Source: a bacterium
GTDB taxonomy: Archaea; Thermoproteota; Bathyarchaeia; 40CM-2-53-6
Length of the DNA: 64,000 bases
Assembly: GCA_021323995.1 (NCBI GenBank)
Contig: JAJPJY010000066.1
Span: 10,458 to 74,457 of the forward strand
Direction: 5' to 3'
Shown here: positions 57,232-64,000 of the stretch, in pieces
Layout: each line of letters opens with the position of its first letter
How positions within the stretch are numbered: the first letter of the stretch is position 1
The notes under the pieces: generated by a model
The model's database searches: none
Told to the model about the DNA's origin: nothing
Seen by the model: the letters and a program-made list of their open reading frames with translations, nothing else
Translations under genes and position numbers: made by a program

Positions 57232-58557
57232 GTGGTTGAGACGACCAGGCTCAACAGAATAACTGGTCTCCCGCTGAAACACATTCTCGCCGGCCTCACG
57301 ATAAGGGAGCTTCTTTCACCGTGGACAGGGCACCCGTATGATTTTGAGATTTGGACGAGGCTGGGCTTCTACATGCAGAGTCTCGCCAGTCCCTACAAGA
57401 CGCTCGCGTACATTCCTTGGCTGAGTTTTTCTCCCTACCCAACGACCGGTTCTATCGGGTATCCTCCGCTCTCGGCATTCATCTTCGGCCTAACCTACCG
57501 CGTGTATCTTCTGCTGAGTGAACCTTCTAGGTTCCTTTACTACTTCCTATTGAAACAGCCTATGGTCCTCGCCGATGTCGGCGTGGCAATTGTCCTCGCA
57601 AAGATCATCCTCCTCTCCGGAGACAGAAAGTCCGCCCAGAATGTCTCTCTAATCTGGCTGTACTTTCCGTTTGGAATAATCCTCTCCAGTATGTGGGGTC
57701 AGCTCGATCCCATAGCCTTGCTTCTCTCCCTTCTTGCCACCTACTATTTCCTCTTGTCGAGATGGGCTCTCTCTGCCGTAATGCTAGGCTTAGCCGTGTA
57801 CCTCAAGATTCTGCCTATTGTCTTCCTACCGATCTTCCTTCTCCAACCTCGCCTTGGAACAACCGGGAGGTTCCTCTATTCGCTAGTGTCAATGGGGATC
57901 CCAGTCGCTGGAACCCTATTTCCCGCTGAAGCTCTTGGTTGGAGCCTTCAAGGAATCTACAGCTATCTAGAATTCCAGGCAGCGATTCCCGGGACAGGGG
58001 GGATGAGCCTCCTAGGAATATTCTACATCACACCCGTAGTCTCAGGATTGGCCCGTTACTTCACCCCTTTCGTGTGGGCACCGATCTTGGCTGTCGCCTA
58101 CATCTACGTTCGGAAGCGGGGCCTCGAGCTCTTCCAAGGTCTTACTGTTGTTATGCTAGCATTCATTGTTTCCAGGTCCTTCTTTTCAGAACAGTACATG
58201 CTCTATCCGCTCGCGTTCCTCTTGGTGAAGACGAGCAAGCAAAACATGCTACACTTTCTCAGCCTAGCCTTCGCTTCTACTATCTTCCTAGTGGCAAACA
58301 ACACGCTTCTAGTCAGTTTCTTCTCGCCCATCTTCGCAGGAGTGTACCAATGGAATATCGTCGCATGGAATCTCTTCGTTCCTGGACAATCACCTTACTT
58401 GTCCCTCCGCGCAATTGTGATGCTAGTCTCGGTAGCTTTTTGTTACCTTGAGTCATTCTCCGTTCTCTTCAGACGAGGGTCGATTATCTCTCGACTACTC
58501 TCCCTTAGAAGACTCCCTTTGTGGATACGCAAGCCAAAATTCCTCCAGCTAGGGTGA
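57232..58557 (+). CDS. Polytopic membrane protein, GT-C-like glycosyltransferase candidate
   Basis: About 11 TM helices. Resembles 3513..4817 in architecture. Confidence 0.4.
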   Translation: MVETTRLNRITGLPLKHILAGLTIRELLSPWTGHPYDFEIWTRLGFYMQSLASPYKTLAYIPWLSFSPYPTTGSIGYPPLSAFIFGLTYRVYLLLSEPSRFLYYFLLKQPMVLADVGVAIVLAKIILLSGDRKSAQNVSLIWLYFPFGIILSSMWGQLDPIALLLSLLATYYFLLSRWALSAVMLGLAVYLKILPIVFLPIFLLQPRLGTTGRFLYSLVSMGIPVAGTLFPAEALGWSLQGIYSYLEFQAAIPGTGGMSLLGIFYITPVVSGLARYFTPFVWAPILAVAYIYVRKRGLELFQGLTVVMLAFIVSRSFFSEQYMLYPLAFLLVKTSKQNMLHFLSLAFASTIFLVANNTLLVSFFSPIFAGVYQWNIVAWNLFVPGQSPYLSLRAIVMLVSVAFCYLESFSVLFRRGSIISRLLSLRRLPLWIRKPKFLQLG

Positions 58558-58581
58558 CCGGATTCGTAAGCTCATTGGTCT

Positions 58582-59532
58582 CTATCTGGATTGACTTCTA
58601 TAGTATGACACTGCATCGGGTTTCATGGTCATTCGAAGTCCCTCTAGGTAGCCCCTCAGGAGATTCTGTACTAGAACGAGCCGAGTTCGTCCTCGCACAA
58701 TGTATGCGAGAATGTTGGGTACTACGAACCGTGATTCCGCTATGGCTTGTATGGCGAAGAGAGGGTTGTTGCCTCGCAGCCGACGCATGATAATGAACCA
58801 GTCTCGGATCTCATACCGCACTCTTTCGGGGTCCGAGGCTCCGTGAACTGCCCACCAGCCAAGTTGACCCGGCGGCTCCACGTCGTGATAGACGAATGCC
58901 CCTGTGAATGAAAAAACCTTCCAATTCTTCGCTTTCATACGAAGGCAAAGATCCATTGAACTGTTCACAACTAGTTGCTCGTCGAATCCTCCAATGTCTT
59001 CCAGCGCATGTCTCCTCATGATAGAGGCGTTAGGGAGCGCATCCGTCTGTAGGAGTGTGTTCTCGAAAGTATTGTTGCGCGGAAGGTTGCGCCCAACCAA
59101 ATCATGCTTCAGTCGCCCATTCAACAATGGGGTCGCATATACCCAGACGAGATCGGGTCTTGACTTGTAGAGGACTGCTGGCATTAATGCTCCGATCCGG
59201 TCAGAGCTCGAGATCGTGTTAAGCAGGGGCGTGATTGTACAGTCATCTATCTGATTGTCGTCGTCGATGAAGTAAACGTAGTCTGTCTTGGTCCTCTTCC
59301 AGCCGATGTTTTTCGCTCTCGAGATGAATACTCGACTGTCGAGAATGATTTGTTGTAGACCAATGTGTTGAAACTCGGACCCGAGCAGTTCCGGCCGAGT
59401 TGAATCATCGACAACGACGACCGACTCGATCTTGTCTGTCCAGTGTTCAGCTATGCTGTTTAGTAGTGCTCTCAGTTTCTCGTATCTATTATGGGTCGGA
59501 ATGACGATCCCTATTGACGGTCGATTCCGCAA
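58582..59532 (-). CDS. Glycosyltransferase family 2
   Basis: IGIVIPTHNRYEKL, VVVDDSTRPE, FIDDDN (DxD). Confidence 0.8.
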   Translation of the reverse strand: MRNRPSIGIVIPTHNRYEKLRALLNSIAEHWTDKIESVVVVDDSTRPELLGSEFQHIGLQQIILDSRVFISRAKNIGWKRTKTDYVYFIDDDNQIDDCTITPLLNTISSSDRIGALMPAVLYKSRPDLVWVYATPLLNGRLKHDLVGRNLPRNNTFENTLLQTDALPNASIMRRHALEDIGGFDEQLVVNSSMDLCLRMKAKNWKVFSFTGAFVYHDVEPPGQLGWWAVHGASDPERVRYEIRDWFIIMRRLRGNNPLFAIQAIAESRFVVPNILAYIVRGRTRLVLVQNLLRGYLEGLRMTMKPDAVSYYRSQSR

Positions 59533-59736
59533 CCTAAGATTCTGCCTGGCCCCGAAGAGGAATCGAATATTTCACGGATGAACCCAGAACAAAATCGGAT
59601 ACTTTTGAAGTTCTTACGAGTTTTACAAATTGTTCAAATCGCAAGTCTGCGAACTAAACTCGGATAACAATGACGCTGGGGTAGTTCTGACAATGGTAGA
59701 GACTTATATTCACATCCAACAGCCCATAGATCTGAC

Positions 59737-60120
59737 ATGGAACTCGGCGACCTAGAGGCAGCGGTCCTCGGTAGTGTCCTTAAGCTGAACAAAGCCTCCG
59801 CAAGACAAGTTGCGAAAGATCTTGAGCCGTCACGCGGACTCGCCTACTCTACCATAAGCACGACGCTCGACCGGCTCTACAAGAAAGGAGTACTTGGCAG
59901 AGAAGAGGAAGTAGGGAGGGGCGGAGCTCGATACATCTACGTGATCCGATCGGAAGAGAAGATCAAGGGCAGGGTTGTCAAGGGGGTCGTTGACCGGCTC
60001 CTTGTCGCGTTTGGGCCGAGCGTGCTCTCAACATTGAACGAGTATGTTGATGATATTCCTAAGGACGAGCTGAAGCGATTGGAGGAGAAGATCCAGAAGG
60101 GATCAAAACGGCAATCCTAG
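59737..60120 (+). CDS. BlaI/MecI/CopY-family wHTH transcriptional repressor
   Basis: LEAAVLGSVLKLNKASARQVAKDL...AYSTISTTLDRLYKKGVLGREEE..GRGGARYIY. Confidence 0.6.
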   Translation: MELGDLEAAVLGSVLKLNKASARQVAKDLEPSRGLAYSTISTTLDRLYKKGVLGREEEVGRGGARYIYVIRSEEKIKGRVVKGVVDRLLVAFGPSVLSTLNEYVDDIPKDELKRLEEKIQKGSKRQS

Positions 60121-60173
60121 AACTCTTCCAAGCCTACTTTCTTTCTACAAGGTCCCTTGCTGTTTTCGGAATA

Positions 60174-61019
60174 GTGGCAGCAGTGTACGCCACATGTTCT
60201 GTTCTCTATTTTCTGAATAGGAACAATCCAGGTAGGAGGGCTCGACTCCTGCAGCCGATGCTATTCTCCTCTCTGTTCTCTTGGTCATTTGTAGGAGCGA
60301 GTCTACTAATGTGCGTAGCTATGCTAAACCAGTACGAGCAGAATTGGAGCCTGACTGTCCGAGAGGTTCTCGGCGGTTCGCTAATCTCCGCGCTGACATT
60401 TTCCACCATAGTCAGCTTAGTGGGCCGTAGACACGTCTTTTCGAAAGCCCTCACGGAGATGACGGGGGACCCTCGATCATTAGCGAGGATTACAACCATC
60501 TTCTCAGAACTTAAAGGTCGAATGGGACTTCAGCACGTTTCTCTACGAGAGGCGAGACTTGGAACCGCTTTCTCTGTAAGTTTGAACCGACGCGCATTCG
60601 TGGCGGTATCGCCAGGGCTGGCGAGCTCTCTTTCTGAGGACGAAGCAGAAGCCGTCCTAGCTCATGAGCTTTCTCACATCAAGAATGGTGATTCTCGAGC
60701 CAAGGGAGTTGCGAGACTCGCTAGATTCGCTTTCAGATTTGATCCACTGTTACGTCTGGTCGAGGCGGCTATCCATAGAGAGCGCGAACTCTGGGCAGAC
60801 CGTGCAGCTATCGTATTTACGAGGAAACCCATCGCTCTAGCTTCCGCCCTGGTCAAGGCTAATGCGCAACCAAAGCTCAGCGCTAGTCTTCTAACAGCGG
60901 GTCTCTTCGTAGGGAGCGGGGGCAAAGGGCTCCTAAGCTTCTATCCCAACCTCGAGAGACGTGTGGACGCTCTTCTAGAGCTCTCAAGGAAGATGGAAGT
61001 CCCCCAAGCTGTCGCTTGA
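60174..61019 (+). CDS. Membrane zinc metalloprotease, BlaR1/M56-M48-like
   Basis: N-terminal TM helices and AVLAHELSHIKNGDS (HExxH). Follows the BlaI-like gene. Confidence 0.6.
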   Translation: MAAVYATCSVLYFLNRNNPGRRARLLQPMLFSSLFSWSFVGASLLMCVAMLNQYEQNWSLTVREVLGGSLISALTFSTIVSLVGRRHVFSKALTEMTGDPRSLARITTIFSELKGRMGLQHVSLREARLGTAFSVSLNRRAFVAVSPGLASSLSEDEAEAVLAHELSHIKNGDSRAKGVARLARFAFRFDPLLRLVEAAIHRERELWADRAAIVFTRKPIALASALVKANAQPKLSASLLTAGLFVGSGGKGLLSFYPNLERRVDALLELSRKMEVPQAVA

Positions 61020-61108
61020 ACATGCCGTGTGACGGACCTTCTGGTCTCCCGATACGCTGAAGTAAGTGACACGCCTCATCATCTAAAGATTCGGCGGCTG
61101 GAAACATC

Positions 61109-61576
61109 TTGGCAGAGTGCCACTACTGCGGCAGAAGATTTCCCCAGCTATACAAGCTAACCTCGGAGGACATTCAGAAAGAGCATCTGCCGCCAATAGC
61201 CTCCCAAGTAGCATGCGCCGAGTGCCTTGATAGAGTTAGGCTTGCTTCAAGACTATTACCAGAGCAGAGTCCCACAGGAACAATCCGAAATCTGTCTTGG
61301 ATGATCCTGCTTTTGGCCACAGTAACAGCGTCTGTAGTAATAGCCACTTCTGTTGCTAGAGCACGAGGGCTCGGCGAGGTAGGTATATCCCTTCGATGGT
61401 TTGGAACAATGGCCGTTCTAGTCGGGACCGTCATGACCTGGGACAGGACAAAAAACAGATACGCATTTACCCACGATCTCAAATGGTCCCTGAGCTCAAA
61501 AAGAGTCAACTTCGCTTTCGCGATCGTACTCACCGGACTGGTCGTCTTACTCGTTTCAGTGCTGCTTCCAGTGTAG
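61109..61576 (+). CDS. Membrane protein with N-terminal Zn ribbon
   Basis: CHYCGRRF...CAEC followed by two TM helices. Confidence 0.4.
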   Translation: MAECHYCGRRFPQLYKLTSEDIQKEHLPPIASQVACAECLDRVRLASRLLPEQSPTGTIRNLSWMILLLATVTASVVIATSVARARGLGEVGISLRWFGTMAVLVGTVMTWDRTKNRYAFTHDLKWSLSSKRVNFAFAIVLTGLVVLLVSVLLPV

Positions 61577-61590
61577 TCAGCATCCTATGC

Positions 61591-62196
61591 TTAGAGCTGT
61601 CTTCTGACTATCGCGAATCGTTCGAGCTGCCGGTGAATCGCGAAGCCGTTCTTCAAATACACATTCAGCGGTCCCTTGTAATTCGCTTCTGCCCAAGGAA
61701 TATTCCCGAATCTCTTCTGTGAATCTGTCGTAGGATATCCTTCCGCCACATGCAGCCCTGCGTGGCGGAATGTTTCACATGCTGCCCGAAGAAGTGATGT
61801 GCATACACCTTTTCCTCTCTGCTCAGGCGCTACGACGAAGCACATTATGGATCCCACCAGCTCACCCGGATCGGTCAAAGCGACCCGATACGACCGCATG
61901 TTGACGAAGCTTGTTCGGGGCTGGGCATTGCACCACCCAACCGGCTTGTCGTCAATGTATGCGAGTAGCCCCTGGACTTTGCCGGCGCTAATCCGCTTGA
62001 TTCGAGCTTCTCGATGTTCGGGACCAGCCTTAGGCCCCGCGTCCCAATCGGTTGGGGACGCTGGAGTGTCGTAGAAGCCACAGTAGCAGCCCGCCCAGTC
62101 GGGAAAATCCGAGAAGGCCCGGTCGAAAAGGCTCAGATAGTCGGGGAGAAGGCTCGGCTTCAGTTCTCGGACCTCAATCTGAGTTGATTCGGCCAT
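61591..62196 (-). CDS. GNAT-family N-acetyltransferase
   Basis: FVVAPEQRGKGVCTSLL acetyl-CoA binding motif (Q/R-x-x-G-x-G). Confidence 0.7.
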   Translation of the reverse strand: MAESTQIEVRELKPSLLPDYLSLFDRAFSDFPDWAGCYCGFYDTPASPTDWDAGPKAGPEHREARIKRISAGKVQGLLAYIDDKPVGWCNAQPRTSFVNMRSYRVALTDPGELVGSIMCFVVAPEQRGKGVCTSLLRAACETFRHAGLHVAEGYPTTDSQKRFGNIPWAEANYKGPLNVYLKNGFAIHRQLERFAIVRRQL

Positions 62197-62242
62197 GAAT
62201 CATCTATCGTGTCCTATTGTATAAGGAAGGAGGAAGCGCGCT

Positions 62243-63496
62243 TTGAGCAACGAGGCCCTGGGTTTAGGCAAAATGATAAGTCAGCTGAGCTCTACGGCAC
62301 CATCTGTGAAACTCGACAGTTCGCCTCTCCGGATGGAGTTCTTGCGAAGGAAGCTGAAGTTCATCCAGGACACGATGAAAGAGCAGGGTGTTGACATGTG
62401 GATAACGTTCAGTCGAGAGGGCAATGAGGATCCGCTGGCCCACGATCTGCGGTTCAGTGATCTGACCTGGAGGTCAGCGGCAATTATCGAGCAGAACGGC
62501 AAGAGGACCGCTATTGTTGGAAGCCTAGAGTCTGAAACTGTCAGACAGGAAAAATTCTATGATGAAATTATTGGGTATGGTAGTGAAGGCGCGGCGCCTA
62601 AGCTGCGAGACTTTGTCAAGAAGAGAAAGCCGCAGAAGATCGCTGTCAACAAGAGCCACGACGAGGGAGCGGCTGACGGCCTGACCTCAGGCATGGAGAC
62701 CTATCTCAGAGCTGCGTTGAAGGACTATGCGAAACGATTAGTCTCTGCTGAGGATCTTGCGATCGCTCTGCGGGCGAGACTGGTCCCGGGAGAGGTCGAG
62801 CTTGTGAAGAAGGCTATTCGAGAATGCGAGAACATCTACGACTCGCTGGAAGAAATGATCAAGCCGGGTAAGAAGGACAAGGAGGTGCACGAGTTCGCCC
62901 ACAAGCTTCTCAAAGAAAAAAAGCTCAGCCCCGCATGGGCCATCGATCGGTGTCCTTCAGTCCTTGTCGGAAATAATCCAATGTCACATGTAGGATACTT
63001 CGGCGCCAAGATCAAGAGAGGAGACTTTGTCAAGCTTGACTTTGGCGTAAAATACGAAGGTTACTGCAGCGACATTCAGCGGAACTATTTCGTCGGACCC
63101 GGGCTCGTGCCAAAGACCGTCCAACGAATGTTCGACACCGCTCGGGAGGCTAACAATGCGGCCCTTTCAGTCCTGAAGCCGGGGCTTCCAGGCTACAAGG
63201 TAGACGAGGCAGGACGAAGACTAATCGTCAGAGGAGGCTTCCCTGAATACAAACATGCGCTCGGACATGCCCTTGGACGGAGCACACACGAGATAGGACC
63301 CCTGCTGGGTCCAAGGTGGCCCAACAGGTATGGCAGGCAAGGCGAGAAGGCTGTCCAGAAGGACATGGTCTTCACCATCGAACCGTCAGTGACCAGCAAA
63401 CTCGGCACATGCAATCTGGAGCAGGATGTTCTCGTCACATCAAAGGGCTACGAGGAACTTTCCAAGCCCCAAGAAGCACTAATACAAGTAGGATGA
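62243..63496 (+). CDS. Xaa-Pro aminopeptidase/dipeptidase, peptidase M24B
   Basis: Creatinase-like N-domain, then pita-bread domain with HALGHALGRSTHEIGP. Confidence 0.85.
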   Translation: MSNEALGLGKMISQLSSTAPSVKLDSSPLRMEFLRRKLKFIQDTMKEQGVDMWITFSREGNEDPLAHDLRFSDLTWRSAAIIEQNGKRTAIVGSLESETVRQEKFYDEIIGYGSEGAAPKLRDFVKKRKPQKIAVNKSHDEGAADGLTSGMETYLRAALKDYAKRLVSAEDLAIALRARLVPGEVELVKKAIRECENIYDSLEEMIKPGKKDKEVHEFAHKLLKEKKLSPAWAIDRCPSVLVGNNPMSHVGYFGAKIKRGDFVKLDFGVKYEGYCSDIQRNYFVGPGLVPKTVQRMFDTAREANNAALSVLKPGLPGYKVDEAGRRLIVRGGFPEYKHALGHALGRSTHEIGPLLGPRWPNRYGRQGEKAVQKDMVFTIEPSVTSKLGTCNLEQDVLVTSKGYEELSKPQEALIQVG

Positions 63497-63509
63497 TTGC
63501 GGCCCGCGT

Positions 63510-64000
63510 TCACAGCAGTTCGAGATATGTGTGCGCCAGGATCTTCGTGATACTCACTAGATCAGCTATTCGGACATGCTCGTCTATCCCGTGGATATTG
63601 CTGTCCAGACGAGTTGTGCCTAATACGACTACGGGGACGCCGAGCGCGGTGACTGCGGACACATCGGTGGATCCTTGACTACCGCATGGTGGCACGTCTC
63701 GGCCTAGAACCTTCCGGGCAACTTTTCGAACCGTTCTAACAAGAGGATGGTCAGGCCTTGTAAGCATCGGGTCGTAACCGAGGACTGGTTTGAAAGCCAC
63801 TTTGACCTCACGGTGTTTCGCGGCAAAGTCTCTCACGACTCGTTCTACCTCTCGCTGAACCTGCATATCCTTCTCTTCAGGGATGAACCGTCGGTCTACT
63901 AGAATTTCGAAAGTGTCTGGTATGATGTTACCCTTGAGGCCGCCCTTTGCAGTGTTAACGTAGAGTCCGGGTCTCATCTTCTTCGTCCCATAGATTGGCT
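63510..64000 (-). CDS. M20-family peptidase/deacylase (ArgE/DapE-like), 3' part only; gene continues past window end
   Basis: Dimerisation-domain region and C-terminal IHGIDEHVRIADL motif. No upstream stop before the window edge. Confidence 0.6.
   Translation of the reverse strand, partial: PIYGTKKMRPGLYVNTAKGGLKGNIIPDTFEILVDRRFIPEEKDMQVQREVERVVRDFAAKHREVKVAFKPVLGYDPMLTRPDHPLVRTVRKVARKVLGRDVPPCGSQGSTDVSAVTALGVPVVVLGTTRLDSNIHGIDEHVRIADLVSITKILAHTYLELL

Overview
Archaeal chromosomal window of about 64 kb. It is archaeal because it encodes the PolD small subunit DP1, Orc1/Cdc6, A-type ATPase subunit F, a tRNA without encoded CCA, and ORB-like origin boxes. The lineage is euryarchaeal-like because PolD is present; this is inference and no database search was possible. 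GC content is moderate, and TTG/GTG starts are common. Content, left to right: (1) the 3' end of hisS. (2) An unusual 1-kb non-coding stretch containing a 12-bp x4 tandem repeat. (3) A seven-gene minus-strand glycosylation-type cluster (SAM methyltransferase, GT2, GT4, polytopic membrane proteins, a sequon-rich surface protein). (4) A housekeeping block: atpF alone, hflX, a PhoU-like regulator, polD small subunit, and pyrB without pyrI. (5) A CPA2 antiporter. (6) An unusual wHTH + ATP-cone + NrdD-like protein that lacks catalytic cysteines. (7) A tandem SH3-like protein and a double-wHTH regulator. (8) tRNA-Pro(CGG), apparently with a non-canonical intron in the D-arm. (9) A surface glycoprotein translationally coupled to a ParA/MinD ATPase. 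(10) ogg, then pyrI unlinked from pyrB. (11) An oriC-like intergenic region with inverted ORB-like boxes upstream of orc1/cdc6, then a DUF99 protein. (12) A small accessory island with a restriction-endonuclease-like/Zn-ribbon protein, three HTH regulators and a dense GTCAC/TGACGTCA palindrome array. (13) An integrated element of about 15.9 kb (32.48-48.35 kb) bounded by imperfect direct repeats. It carries a tyrosine integrase, many small Zn-ribbon proteins, an HK97-type prohead-protease-like domain fused to HAD-like and low-complexity regions, a PD-(D/E)xK nuclease and a TIR-like (CAP12/PF10137-type) protein, but no recognisable terminase, portal or tail genes. It is a candidate novel provirus or virus-satellite-like element, with a canonical ORB box immediately outside attR. 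(14) A large polytopic surface glycoprotein, an M50 site-2 protease, a PiT phosphate transporter, a second glycosylation cluster (NTase-like, methyltransferase, GT2 x2, membrane protein), a BlaI/BlaR1-like pair, a GNAT acetyltransferase, an M24 aminopeptidase and a partial M20 peptidase. No rRNA genes or CRISPR arrays were seen.
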